Source: Octopus sinensis
Lineage: Eukaryota
Reading direction: 5' to 3'
Length of the DNA: 64,000 bases
Assembly: GCF_006345805.1 (NCBI RefSeq)
Contig: NC_043000.1
Location: forward strand, 147,870,001-147,934,000
The notes beneath the pieces were generated by a model. That model had not been told where the DNA came from. It made no database searches and saw nothing but the letters and a program-made list of their open reading frames with translations. This document shows positions 37,303 to 50,252 of the stretch, piece by piece. The translations under genes were made by a program, and so were the position numbers. How positions within the stretch are numbered: the first letter of the stretch is position 1; every line of letters begins with the position of its first letter.

Positions 37303-38296
37303 AATTAGCCTATTGCTGGGACCTTGACAGATGCTACAACTCTGGATCAGAGTAGACTGTGTAACAATAATGGCTATAACCTGGTTCCACACTCCTCAGA
37401 ACTCTGGAAATCAGAACCAGAGTCCAAATACTAGATGCAGTTTAAAGTTAAACCCAGGATTTTGTCATAATAGATTGAATTTGGCGGATGTGTGTCAGTT
37501 TCTTTTGCACTTTCTTAGAGAATCCAAGCATTTCTAAGTTTTTGTGCAAGTCCATAGTTACATAGCTCACTGCACCGATGGTAAAAGATACAAATGAAAA
37601 TCTAGAGGCAGGGTACAAGATCTATATGTTCCACATTAGTTCACCATAAATGTTCTCTTTGTTAAACGATGTATGTCTGTATGTGTGCATGCATATATGT
37701 ATTATGGCTTAGTCAGCAAGATGGCATTCGTGCTTTTATGCAAGACCTTTGAGACTGGTGGAATGGGGAATGGAAGTGTGTGTGTGTGTGTGTGTGTGTA
37801 CACATGCCCATTAATATATATGAGTGTCTGTACTTGTGTTGAATAAAATAAAGTAATATAAAATTATGTTGTGTTGAATAAAATAAAGTAATATAAAATA
37901 TAAAATTATCTGGCAAAGTAATTGATTGATATCTGTTCTGTAATTACGTTTAAATATTTGTTGTGCAAGATTTTTTATGTGAAGTCGTGTGTTGAAACAG
38001 ATATTGTTATATTTTGGAATGGTCATATTGCCAGTTTAGCCAATAATTAATATATATATATATTACTCATGATTCCTCATTTTGGCACAAAGCCACTATG
38101 CAAAGCATGACATGTAGTCAGTTTAAATGATTCCTACCCCCAACTCTTGCTCACTTCTCGACTGCTGATTATTGCATATCAATCATGGAATCATGAATGG
38201 CAAAGCTGACTTCATTGATATATGAATGTACATCGTAAAGGGATTTGATCCTTTGTTACTTTGTCTTGCCTTTTTCACTTGATCTATAAAAACATA

Positions 38297-38471
38297 AGGA
38301 GTGGCTGTGTGGTAAGTAGCTTGCTAACCAACCACATGGTTCCGGGTTCAGTCCCACTGCGTGGCATCTTGGGCAAGTGTCTTCTGCTATAGCCCCGGGT
38401 TGACCAATGCCTTGTGAGTGGATTTGGTAGACGGAAACTGAAAGAAGCCTGTCGTATATATGTATACATAT

Positions 38472-38503
<32 letters not shown>

Positions 38504-38694
38504 TTGTCCCCCTAGCATTGTTTGACAACCGATGCTGCTGTGTTTACGTCCCCGTCACTTAGCGGTTCAGCAAAAGTGACCGATAGAATAAGTACTGGGC
38601 TTACAAAGAAAAAGTCCCGGGGTCGATTTGATCGACTAAAGGTGGTGCTCCAGCATGGCTGCAGTCAAATGACTGAAGCAAGTAAAAGAGTAAA
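38297..38694 (+). mobile_element. SINE family A, full length
   Basis: Aligns to family A; tail-to-tail with 38807-39211. Confidence 0.9.
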
Positions 38695-38806
38695 ACCAAA
38701 AACAAGAAAATATACACTTTGTTAATGTACTTTTGAAGTGAACACCCTAGCATAGCCATGCCCTACTGGCTAAAACCAGAAGAAAAGTAATAAATATATG
38801 TATATA

Positions 38807-39211
38807 TACTCTTTTACTTGTTTCAGTCATTTGACTGCGGCCATGCTGGAGCACTGCCTTTAATCGAGCAACTCGACCCCGGGACTTATTCTTTGTAAGC
38901 CCAGTACTTATTCTATCAGTCTCTTTTTGCCGAACCGCTAAGTGACGGGGACATAAACACACCAGCATCGGTTGTCAGGCAATGCTAAAGGGACAAACAC
39001 AGACACACAAACATATACCCACAACATATATATATATATATATATATACGACGGGCTTCTTTCAGCTTCTCTCTACCAAATCCACTCACAAGGCATTGGT
39101 CGGCCCAGGGCTATAGCAGAAGACGCTTGCCCAAGATGTCACGCAGTGGGACTGAACCCGGAACCATGTGGTTGGTAAGCAAGCTACTTACCACCCAGCC
39201 ACTCCTCCGCC
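38807..39211 (-). mobile_element. SINE family A, full length
   Basis: Aligns to family A on the minus strand. Confidence 0.9.
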
Positions 39212-39242
39212 TGGGCCAGTGTTTTTTTTTTTTCCAAACTTG

Positions 39243-39250
39243 GACAGATG

Positions 39251-39297
<47 letters not shown>

Positions 39298-39326
39298 GGA
39301 CGGACGGACGGACGGACGGACGGACG

Positions 39327-39400
<74 letters not shown>

Positions 39401-39450
39401 TAGATAGATAGATGGATAGATAGATGGATGGATGGATGGGTGGGTGGGTG
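39243..39450. repeat. Compound tetranucleotide array (GATA)-(GACG)-(GACA)-(GATA)-(GATG)-(GGTG)
   Basis: Directly visible. Confidence 0.95.
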
Positions 39451-40408
39451 GTTTAGGTAGGTATAATTGCTTATCAGTGGTTTGTTCTAATTTTTTGAGG
39501 GAGCAGATAGCAGGTACTCATGCATTCAAGCTTTCAATAAATATCTGTATTCCTTGCATTCCAAATGTAGTTGCTAGAAGATTTTTCTAGATGCAGAAGA
39601 TTATTTTAGAAGATTGTTTATATTCATGATGCTCTCTCTCTCTCTTACTTTCACTTTCATTCTTGAGTCTGTGGTTGATGGTACTTAAATTATTATTAAT
39701 CTCTTTTTTTTTTTTTGAATGGGTGATAGGAATAGTAGGGTGAAGTTACAATGGCTAATGCTCATTTAAACTATTGCAGAATAATTAGGAGAGTGGGGCA
39801 TAAGGATAATTTAGCTATTTCACACATGGTCTAGTAGGGATGAGGCAAAATAGGAGGTTGTGAAGAGGAAAGGAAAGTGCTTTTGGTCAGCTTAGAAGTA
39901 ATGTACAATCAGCAAGTTCAGAGTAGAAGAGAGTTTTCTAACAACTGCAGAAGATTATGTCCTTAATCTTACTGCTACTCTGCTGTTATGATTATTTCCT
40001 CATAGTCTTATGAAAATTATCTTAGTCAACTTTTTTATTATTTTTTTCTCAAAATATGGAGTTTAATTTGATAGCTTTACAATGAGTTTATTTCCAAGGG
40101 AACTAGGTCAAGTGCATCTGGTTTGCAGGCAATACGGAAACTGCTATCTGTATGGGCACTATGAACAGGTTCATGTTAACAAGGAAAAACAAACTTTAAA
40201 ACCACACGCACATACACATGCACATACACACACACACACACATACATACACACATAAACACACACACACATGAGAAAGAGACAGAGAATGATCAAGTTGA
40301 CAGACTATGGAGAATCAGTCTAGCTGTTACATGTTCACGGAAAAGGAACCAAACAAACAATTCACATAATATATAGTCACTATTTAAAGCCCTGACTGAG
40401 CAGATTTA

Positions 40409-40775
40409 TCATCATCATCATCATCATCATCATTTAGCGTCCGCTTTCCATGCTAGCATGGGTTGGACGGTTCAACTGGGGTCTGGGAAGCCAGAAGGCT
40501 GCACCAGGCCCAGTCTGATCTGGCAGTGTTTCTACGGCTGGATGCCCTTCCTAACGCCAACCACTCCATGAGTGTAGTGGGTGCTTTTCACGTGCCACCC
40601 ACACAGGTGCCAGATGGAGCTGGCAAACAGCCACGGACGGATGGTGCTTTTTACATGCCACCGGCACGGGGGCCAGGCGAAGCTGGCAACAGCTACGAAC
40701 GGATGGTGCTTTTACGTGACACCGGCACGGGGGCCAGGCGAGGCTGGCAACAGTCACGAACGGATGGTGCTAAAA
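40409..40775 (-). mobile_element. Family C retroposon with four 5' modules
   Basis: (ATC)n tail on the left; GGATGGTGCT/GGTGCTTTT module x4. Confidence 0.85.
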
Positions 40776-41025
40776 ATCATTCTAGCTTTGGTTTTCAGAG
40801 AGTGGGCTGGTGTATTTTGAGAGAGATATAGCTGCTATTTCTGGTAGGTCGAGCAACCATACAAAAGTTCCTTTGTTAGTTTATTTTCAATAATACTTAT
40901 ATGGTAACCGTTGAAAATAATTTGTGTATCAGGTGAATTGACGTACATACACATACATACTTCTATATACACACACATACATATGCACATACATGTACAC
41001 ACATGTAGTAACTCAAACTCTAGTG

Positions 41026-41226
41026 CAGTGTTTTTCAACTTTTTTGCTGGAGCGGAACCCCAAGGAAACATTCCACTGGCTCGAGGAACCCCTGTGCAAT
41101 AATTTAATAGTCTTATGCACACATATCTGCACAGATGAATTAAAAATTACTGCCGATTTTAGCATTTTTGTAACTTCTTGCAGAACCCCTGGACTGTACT
41201 GGCAGAACCCTGGTTGAAAACCACTG
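41026..41226. mobile_element. hAT (Charlie-like) MITE
   Basis: Perfect 8-bp TSD CTCTAGTG (41018-25, 41227-34); TIR CAGTGTTTTTCAAC / GTTGAAAACCACTG. Confidence 0.85.
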
Positions 41227-41823
41227 CTCTAGTGATTCGTTGAACCTATGCCAGCATAGAAAGTAGATGTAAAATGGACATATGTACATATAGTGAATTG
41301 ACAGAATAGTTAGCATGTCAGATAAAATGCCTTGTGGAATTTGGCCCACTTCTCTGGGCTGTCATTCTTTCCAGGTTGATAAATAAAGTCTTAATTGAAT
41401 ACCTGGGCCTGATTTTTAACCTTCCTAGATTTTACTTGTAATTTAAAATTTCAGCTTCTTCACATTGTATCGCACTGATTCAGTATGAGAAATGCATTAA
41501 CAATACATTTATGTCTGGAATATTTAGCCTCATCATCATCATCATTTAATGTCCATTTACCATGTTGGTATGGACTGAATGGTTTGACAGAAGCTGGCAA
41601 GCTGGAGGGCTACACCAGGCTCCAGTTGTCTGCTTTGGTATAGTTTCTATGATTGGATGCTCTTCCTAATGCCAACCACTTTGCAAAGTGTACTGAATGC
41701 TTTTTTTTTTTAATGTGGCCCCAGCGCATGACACTGGCATAGGTGTTTATGTTAATTTGAGCTGTACATGTCATAATATGTGACTTGGTTTGGGGATGAT
41801 CTTATTCTCTTTTCTCTCTCTTT

Positions 41824-42027
41824 TACTCTTTTACTTGTTTCAGTCATTTGACTGCGGCCATGCTGGAGCACCGACTTTAGTCGAGCAACTCGACTCCGGG
41901 ACTTATTCTTTGTAAGCCCAGTACTTATTCTATCGGTCTCTTTTGCCGAACCGCTAAGTGACGGGAACGTAAACACACCAGCATCGGTTGTCAAGCAATG
42001 CTAAGGGGACAAACACAGACACACAAG

Positions 42028-42067
<40 letters not shown>

Positions 42068-42230
42068 CGACAGGCTTCTTTCAGTTCCCGTCTACCAAAT
42101 CCACTCACAAGGCATTGGTCGGCCCGGGGCTATAGCAGAAGACACTTGCCCAAGATGCCACGCAGTGGGACTGAACCCGGAACCATGTGGTTGGTTAGCA
42201 AGCTACTTACCACACAGCCACTCCTGCGCC
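41824..42230 (-). mobile_element. SINE family A, full length
   Basis: Aligns to family A. Confidence 0.9.
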
Positions 42231-43222
42231 TATTATCACTAACCATTTTATAGCAATTTACAGCAACATTCTGAGAGTATTATTTCATGCTACCAGGATT
42301 AGAGAGGGCATACCTAACTAAAGAATCCTCTCTACATTGTCTCTGACTGCTCCTTGTTATGGTATGGCTTTTTACAGCTAGATACTCTGTACTTTTAAAA
42401 AACACAAACCACTCTACAACCATGGACTGGGTGCATCTTACCATGCCCCCAGCACTAGAGAGACTGACTCAGATAAGATTTCTGAATCCTCTCTACACTA
42501 CGTAGCTCTCTTGCTCCATTCCTTTTTCACATGCAGTTTCCAGCCGGTTGCCCTTCATAAGGCAAACCCCTTACAGCATTTTATCTTATCATTAGCAATA
42601 GCGAGGTTGTTTCCGACACGACAAAAGAAATTCCACTACCCTACATTATCTTAATTCCTTCCATCCTTTTTATAAGAAACTTCCCTCCTCCCCAACAGAC
42701 CCCCCCCCATGCACCCCCCCCCCGCCAAAAATCCCCCAAGGTCAATAGACAAATAAACAGACTAAGACTGATAAAGTAAACATTTATTGTTTAAAAAAAA
42801 AAAGGGAAAATGCATGTCAGAGAGTATAGAATTAGCAGACAGAGAAAATAGAAAAATATAATAATGAAAATGATATCATAATAGAAAACAGTACAAAAGA
42901 TAGAGAGAAGAGATTAATATAGAATATGATGGAGATAAAAACCTACAGGTGACTTCTCTATAAAAATAGTTCAGTATAAAAACATCCTCACATAAGGAAT
43001 CAGATCTGAAATCTTTGATTGATTAATTTCCTTTTATAAACATTGATCTTTTCTTGAAATGATTTATCTTCTAATTCATCAAGAATATATATATATATAT
43101 ACACATATATATATATATATCCTTTTATCCATTACTTGTTTTAGTCATTGGACTGGTCATGCCAGGGCACCACTTTGATATATATATGTGTGTGTGTGTG
43201 TGTAAACATATATAAATATAAC

Positions 43223-43256
<34 letters not shown>

Positions 43257-43384
43257 ACCCCAAATACTATCCTAAATACAGAGTCCATGGCCCTGATCCT
43301 AAATATGGATGCACAAAAGGCAATGGATGCACCTCCTTCCATCCTAAACTGTACCAAACTTCTGTGTCACTAACTTTGGGAACA

Positions 43385-44560
43385 GGTTCAAACTCTGATG
43401 TCATATATCTTGACTTCAGTAAAGCATTAGACAGGGTTGACCATAATATCTTACTCTCAAAATTGGCAAATGTTAGAATCTGTGGAAAACGTCTACACTG
43501 GATTAAGTTTTTCCTGGCGAACAGAACACAACATGTGGTCAATGGAGTCCACTCAAGCCCAGCAAAAGTCACCAGTGGTGTCCCTCAGGGAACTGTCTTT
43601 ATAATTTACATAAACAACCTTTTCAGCATCGTAAATCACTGCAGAGTGAAAATATGACACTAAGCTCCAGAAAATCATCAATGAAGAAGACCGAACTCAA
43701 CTCCAGTCTGATCTATATGCTGTGAGTCAATGGACAGACAAAAACAAAATGCAACTAAACAAGGGAAAATTTGAGCTGATGCATTTTGCAAGAAAGTCTA
43801 TACTAAAACAGCCATACTCTCTTCCTTCAGAGGAACTGCTCACAGCATCTAATAATATCAGAGACCTAGGTGTCATTGTTGATAACAATCTCAGTTGGAG
43901 TGCCCACATCAACAATAAGGTCGATATAGCTCGTAGGATGAACTCCTGGATCTTAAGAACCTTCCAGTCCAGAGAACAAGGTGTCATCATTCCACTTTTC
44001 TCCTCTTTTGTACGGCCACACCTTGAATACTGCTTATGGTCTCCCCATACAAAACAAAACATCATGAAAATTGAATCACCCCAGAGGGCACTCACTAAAT
44101 GAATTGAAGGCTTGACTGATCTCGATTACTGGGATCGCTTTAAAGCCATGAAACTCTACTCTCTCCAGCGCCACCGCAAGCAGTACATCATTTGTACAAT
44201 GTGGAGAATATACCGCCAGTATTGCGCAAACGACCTGAACATTAGGTTCAAGGTTCATCCAAGGCTGGGACCATAGGCCATATGTCCCCTGCCCAATTCA
44301 GGATGACAACATATTAGGTACACTGCAACATAATTTCTTTTCCTCAACAGGCCCTGCCCTGTTTAACATTGTCCCAAAACTGATCAAAGAGGAAAAGTCT
44401 GGACAGATTTCTTCAAGGAATACTAGACAAACCACTCAACAAGAACTCACTACTTGAATGGACCATAAACAAAACTTGACTTAAAAAGGATTTAGATAAT
44501 CCTATCAGGTGGTGCTATTAAGTTAGACATGGCCTGGACCAATCTTTGGTTGAAACATAT
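43385..44560 (+). mobile_element. CR1-type LINE, RT domain to 3' end, frameshifted
   Basis: DVIYLDFSKALDRVDH, SGVPQGT, IRDLGVIVD.NLSW and VRPHLEYC motifs across ORFs 43148-43657 and 43722-44102. Confidence 0.9.
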
Positions 44561-44629
44561 CTAAGCATGCATGCATACATACATACATATATATATAGTT
44601 AATAAAAAAAAAAGCAAAGAAAAAACAAC

Positions 44630-44830
44630 AAGAAAAAATCAACATGAGGATGTGGTACATGCAAAGTATTAGCAGATGCTCAAGGAAGGAAAGAAAGGTA
44701 GTTTTATGTTTTGAGAAAAGCTCTTCTTCAGAAACAGAAGACAGAGGAAAGACCAAAAGAAAAGGAAGAAAAGGAGGAAAGACCAAGGAAAAGGAAGAAA
44801 AAAAATCAATGATCCACATGTAGCTACATT
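44630..44830 (-). mobile_element. PLE-type terminal repeat family P2, degraded
   Basis: Minus strand GTTT-CTGAAGA-A-GAGC(TTT)TCTC-AAAACATAAAAC; resembles 18850-19050. Confidence 0.5.
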
Positions 44831-45352
44831 TTGAAAACACACACAGTATCATCATCATCATCAGCATCATTATTTTACATCCACTTTCTATGCTGGCATA
44901 GGTTCAGCAGGTCACCAGAGTTTGAATCACCACATATTCAAGGGTGCTGGCCATCTAGATAGGTTGGAGGATGCATGTCACTTGTAAGTTTCGTTTTTGG
45001 CTTGATTTCTATATCTGGATACCCTTCTTAACACCAGCCACTTTACAGGGTGCACCAGTTTTTTTTGTTTTTTTTTTGTGTGTCTGTGGTATCATTACTA
45101 GGGAAGTATCATGTCAACAACAAGTCTAGAGGCTCCTCTCAACCTTGCAATTTAACAGAATGTGCTGGGCACATTTTTTGTGGCACCAACACTATGGAGG
45201 TAGCAATGTCCAAGATACAACTAATGAATCTGCTTACTCATCAACTTCTATACAAAATAAGATAGAAGCATGTATGATTGTGATAAACCATAAAGGATGA
45301 ATGACATGAGTACTCAATTTTCTGAAAATAAGTATGTACAATCAAAATAGAT

Positions 45353-45572
45353 ATTTCTTTACTACCCACAAGGGGCTAAACACAGAGGGGACAAACAAGG
45401 ACAGACAAACGGATTAAGTCGATTATATCGACCCCAGTGCGTAACTGGTACTTATTTAATCAACCCCGAAAGGATGAAAAGTAAAGTCGACCTCGGCGGA
45501 ATTTGAACTTAGAACGTAACGGCAGACGAAATATGGCTACGCATTTTGCTCGGCGTGCTAACGGTTCTGCCA
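45353..45572 (-). mobile_element. tRNA-derived SINE family B
   Basis: Body GTCGACTTT.CCTTTCATCCTTTCGGGGT; also at 46893, 48796, 57743, 59979 and many old fragments. Confidence 0.88.
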
Positions 45573-45882
45573 CTTGCTACCTTTTATGTACAATCAAAAT
45601 AGAGTGGGCTAAAGGACAGAGCAATAACAGAGACAATGTAATGCAGGAGATATAGGGAGGGCAGGAGAGGTAGGACGTGGGTGAAAAGGAGTACAAGTAT
45701 AGTAGCAGATAGAGAGAACAGTGAAGTGGTTGGCAGTACAGGAGAGGAGGATGAGTGATAAGAGGATGAGAAGTATCAAGATGCAGAAGAGGCATCAACA
45801 GTAGACTAAGGGGTAAATATGCCTACTCACCCACACATACACATATGTAAATATATGCATACATCTACTTTGAGATATTTAA

Positions 45883-46103
45883 CCCTTTCGTTACTAACCC
45901 GGCTGAAACTGGCTCTGGCTCTGAGTACAAATGTCTTGTTTTCATAAGTTTTGAATTAAAATCTTCCACCAAACATTAGTCACAATTTATGTTCCTAACA
46001 CTAGATTAATGATAACTAAGTTCTTTTACTAAATTCTTTGTTATATTTAAAATTAATTGAAAGAAACACAGAGCATCTCAAAATAAATACAGTAACGAAA
46101 GGG
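45883..46103. mobile_element. piggyBac-like MITE PB1
   Basis: TTAA flanks, TIR CCCTTTCGTTAC / GTAACGAAAGGG, 221 bp. Confidence 0.88.
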
Positions 46104-46434
46104 TTAATCACTGACGGTTCAGTTCACTACTGTATAACTAAGTTAATATAGTTCATTATACATCTAACTACTGTAGAGTACCTAGCAAGTATTTGAGTGT
46201 CCCAACTTATGATGATATCCTGCCACCGTCACCCTGGCAGAGCACTCTCTCACTCTATATTTTTACTGTTTCTGTGACAGTTATTTCTCTCAAGTGACTG
46301 TTTCATTCTTCTGTCAATTCTTTGTTGATTTATGTCAACAACTATATATTAGGAGGCTAAATAAGTAATGACTTTTCCTTCAGTAGCAACTGATAAAAAG
46401 AATAGTCAACAAAATATCTACATTGTCTCTGTTA

Positions 46435-46838
46435 GGCGCATGAGAGGCTGTGTGGTAAGTAGCTTGCTTACCAACCACATGGTTCCAGGTTCATTCCCAC
46501 TGTGTGGCACGTTGGGCAAGTGTCTTCTACCATAGCCTCGGACCTACCAAAGCCTTGTGAGTGGATTTGGTAGACGGAAACTGAAAGAAGCCCGTTGTAT
46601 AAATATATATGTATGTGTGTTTGTGTGTCTGTGTTTGTCCCCCCAAAATCCCTTGACAACCGATGCTGGTGTGTTTACATCCCCGTAATTTAGCGGTTCG
46701 GCAGAAGAGACCGATAGAATAAGTACTGGGCTTACAAAGAATAAGTCCTGGGGTCGATTTGCTCGACTAAAGGCGCTGCTCCAGCATGGCCACAGTCAAA
46801 TGACTGAAACAAGTAAAAGAGTAAACAGTAAAAGAGTA
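46435..46838 (+). mobile_element. SINE family A, full length
   Basis: Aligns to family A; TGTCTCTG occurs on both flanks. Confidence 0.9.
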
Positions 46839-46892
46839 GATGTCTCTGAGGTAATTTTTAGTAAATTTTTCATATTTTCTTGATATGATATA

Positions 46893-47117
46893 TATTTCTT
46901 TACTGTCCACAAGGGGCTAAACATAGAGGGGACAAACAAGGACAGACAAAGGGATTAAGTCGATTACATCGACGCCAGTGCATAACTGGTACTTTATTTA
47001 TCGACCCCGAAAGGATGAAAGACAAAGTCGACCTCGGCAGAATTTGAACTCAGAACGTAGCGACAGACAAAATACCGCTAAGCATTTTGCCTGGCGTGCT
47101 AACGATTCTGCCAGCTC
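46893..47117 (-). mobile_element. SINE family B with 13-15-bp TSD
   Basis: TCTTGATATGATATA at 46878-92 and 47116-30. Confidence 0.9.
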
Positions 47118-47127
47118 TTGATATGAT

Positions 47128-47610
47128 ATAATAATAATAATAATAATAATTGTGTACAGTGCTCAGGTGCACTACAACTCATCTAAAGTGTATATATAAT
47201 CAGGTGTAGTTTCGGCGGATTTCAGAAAGCATGAGGGCCTTAAAAGATGCAGTGTCATGGCAGTCAACAACTGACGCAGGCAGTTTATTCCATGCTTCAG
47301 CAACTCTGAGCGTGAAAAAATGTTTCCGAAAGTCATGGGAGCTGTATTGTTTTCTGACTTTGTAGGCATGTCCACGTGTGTTAGACACATGGAGATCAAA
47401 AAGGTGTTCAGTGTTGTTGTTGGTGAGGTGGTTGATAACTTTGTGGGTGTTTACCAAGTCCGTCGCCAAACGCCGGAGCTTCAGTGAATCCATGCCCAGG
47501 GAAACAAGGCGCTCAGAATATGGTAGGTGTCTGATGGAGGGTATGCGTTTGGTTGCACGTCTCTGGACAGATTCCAGGAGGTCAATGTTCTGTGCAAGAT
47601 AGGGGTTAGT
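47128..47610 (-). mobile_element. CR1-type LINE 3' end with (TTA)n tail
   Basis: PYLAQNIDLLESVQRRATK..ERLVSLGMDSLKLRR..TRGH..FFTLRVAEAWNKLP; frame open across the segment. Confidence 0.9.
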
Positions 47611-47843
47611 TGAGGTCTACTGTCCCTGTTTATTTGAGTAGCATAGACTTAAATCATTGCACTGACTTTGCTTCTTAGCAACACAGTTTGGAGTTCAGTT
47701 CCACTGCGTGGCACCTTGGGCAAGAATCTTCCAAGATGTATGTGTGTTCTCTTTCTTTTTAATTTAGAGTAAATTGTGACTGGCCACCTACTTGGCAGCA
47801 AGGTTGTGAAGGAAAGTATCTTGTTTTAACCATCATCCTTTAA

Positions 47844-48032
47844 CCCTTTTGTTATCGTATTTCTGTTGAGATGATCTGTGTTTCTTTCAATTACTTTAAA
47901 TATAACAAAGAATTTAGTAAAATGACTTAGTTATCATTAAGCTAGTGTTAGGAACATAAATTGTGACTAAGGTTTGGTGGAAGATTTTAATTCAGAACTT
48001 ATGAAAATAAGACCGGGTTGGTAACGAAAGGG
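47844..48032. mobile_element. piggyBac-like MITE PB1, internally deleted
   Basis: TTAA flanks and TIRs; 189 bp. Confidence 0.8.
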
Positions 48033-48382
48033 TTAAATCTTAAGATCTTTCAGATTTTTTTTTCCAGATATTGAGAATATTTGTAGCATACGAATTAAGG
48101 ATTTGCATTCTCTTCCCAAGATCTCAAGTTCAGTGGTGTGTGTGGTAAGTGTGTCCCCTTTGTCTTAACATTATGTAATAGTTGTAAATAAATGTCACAG
48201 TCATACAAGCAGTGTCATTAATTTCCAGTACACTACAAAAATATATCTGGTCATGGGTACACCTTGCTTGGAAACAGTCAAGTGTTGGTAACAGGAAGGG
48301 CATCTGATTGTAGAAAATCAACCTCAAAACACTTCTACCCATGCCCTACATGAAAAAGTGGACTTTGAAATGATGATGATAC

Positions 48383-48585
48383 TATGTATATCATCATCAT
48401 CATTATCATCATCGTTTAACGTCTGTTTTACATGCTTGCATGGGTTGGACGGTTCAACTGGGGTCTGGGAAGCCAGAAGGCTGCACCAGACCCAGTCTGA
48501 TCTGGCAGTGTTTCTACAGCTGGATGCCCTTCCTAATGCCAACCACTCCGTGAGTGTAGTGGGTGCTTTTTACGTGCCACCGGCA
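48383..48585 (-). mobile_element. Family C retroposon
   Basis: (ATC)n tail, body, one module. Confidence 0.85.
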
Positions 48586-48795
48586 TATGTATTTCGTATT
48601 AGTAGCTGCTGCTTTTGTAGGCTGGTGCTTATACATGTCCTTTTGGCTTGGTTTCATATTATTAGAGATTATGTTTTCAAAGACTGAATGCTTATAAAAC
48701 TTAGTGCATGTGTGTACATCTTTTGTAAATTTCACGTATCATGTATAGTGCAGTATTATTGCACAGAAGGCTAGCTTTGCTTTGTCCATGGTACC

Positions 48796-49045
48796 CCAGT
48801 GCGTGACTGGTACTTAATTTATCAACCCCGAAAGGATGAAAGGCAAAGTCGACCTCGGCGGAATTTGAACTCAGCCGTTACGTTCTGAGTTCAAATTCCG
48901 CCGAGGTCGACTTTGCCTTTCATCCTTTCGGGGTCGATAAATTAAGTACCAGTTACGCACTGGAGTCGATGTAATCGACTTAATACCTATGTCTATCCTT
49001 GTTTATCCTCTCTATGTTTAGCCCCTTGTGGGTAATAAAGAAATA
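48796..49045 (+). mobile_element. 5'-truncated SINE family B preceded by its own inverted copy (79-bp arms)
   Basis: 48796-48874 is the reverse complement of 48885-48963 with 2 mismatches; 10-nt spacer. Confidence 0.9.
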
Positions 49046-49938
49046 GGTACTACTAAATTAGCTATTTCCAGATTTTACACTGAAATGAACCAGAGAGAAG
49101 TTAAATTCTCACTACAGTCAACACATAGCTTATCTGTTATCAAAAGCTCAAGATGGACCCCTTTTCATGGTAGCACATGAAAACCAGGTGTTTTTTCACC
49201 ATAAACCAAGATATAGGGAAGCCTAGATGTGAGCCCACGAGGGAATCATAAAGGGTTCTGAAATGGATATCCTTGAGTATTTTGTCTGCAAATGATTTTT
49301 TTTCTCTCAATGCAAAATTTGTTGAAGAACATCAGGGAAGTTTGAGATTGGAAAGGAAAGAATAGATTAGAGCTAGCAAGGCTACAAGCCAACATAACCA
49401 AAAATCAATGAATATTAAATAGTAAGGTATATATCAAATGTCTAGTTGTTGTTTAGCCCGGGTCAGCTTTGATCAAGCAAACCTCTGAGCAAAAACATTC
49501 TAGGCATGATTACTCCATCTTTTATTCAAAACAATGCATCTAGAACCATACTATCCAAGGAATTATTCTCTTTTTAAGATGGTAGGGTATGATCCAAGGA
49601 AAATTTGGATGCTATTTCTATTTCTAAGAGCTTTTTCAAAAGACATGGGGGATTTTTTGTTGGTTTATAAAAAAGTCTGTTAAGTAATCGTTCTCAATAC
49701 GTAAAAGTGAAAAAGTAAGAACTTGAGTTTGCAGTCAATGAAAACCATGTGTACAGAATTGGTGCCATGAAATTTCTAACGTACTGGGAGAAAATATGAC
49801 ATTTCCAGGCCTATTAAAGTCAGTTAAACATACTGTGTCTGCTTTATGCATTTTCATTAGTTCAGTTTTTAGTTGCTTTCAAGGGTCTAAGACTGGGGTT
49901 GAATTCAGAACTTTTCTTTCTAACACAGGATTTCTAAT

Positions 49939-50252
49939 CATCATCATCGTTTAACGTCCGTTCTCCATGCTAGCATGGGTTGGACGGTTTTAACGGGGAT
50001 CTGGGAAGCCAGAAGGCTGCACCAGGCTCCGGTCTTATCTGGCAATGTTTCTACAGCTGGATGCCCTTCCTAATGCCAACCACTCCGTGAGTGTAGTGGG
50101 TGCTTTTTACGTGCCACCTGCACTGGTGCCAGGCGAGGCTGGCATCGGCCACGGTCGGATTGGTGCATTTTACATGCCACCTGCATGGAAGCCAGTCGAG
50201 GCGGCACTGGCTTCAGCCACGATTCGGATGGTGCTTTTTATGTGCCACCGAC
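49939..50252 (-). mobile_element. Family C retroposon with three 5' modules
   Basis: Near-mirror of 2750-3099. Confidence 0.85.

Noticed and set aside
38256-39178. Recurrent ORFs such as MTTDAGVFT.., ..RQASFSFRLPNPLTRHW.. and MFLQLDALPNANHS..
   Set aside because: They are chance open frames in SINE A and family C consensus sequence, repeated wherever the element occurs.
40570-40775. Regularly spaced short repeats resembling a CRISPR array (also 2750-2935)
   Set aside because: The 'spacers' are homologous to each other, the array is part of a retroposon, there are no cas genes, and the DNA is eukaryotic.
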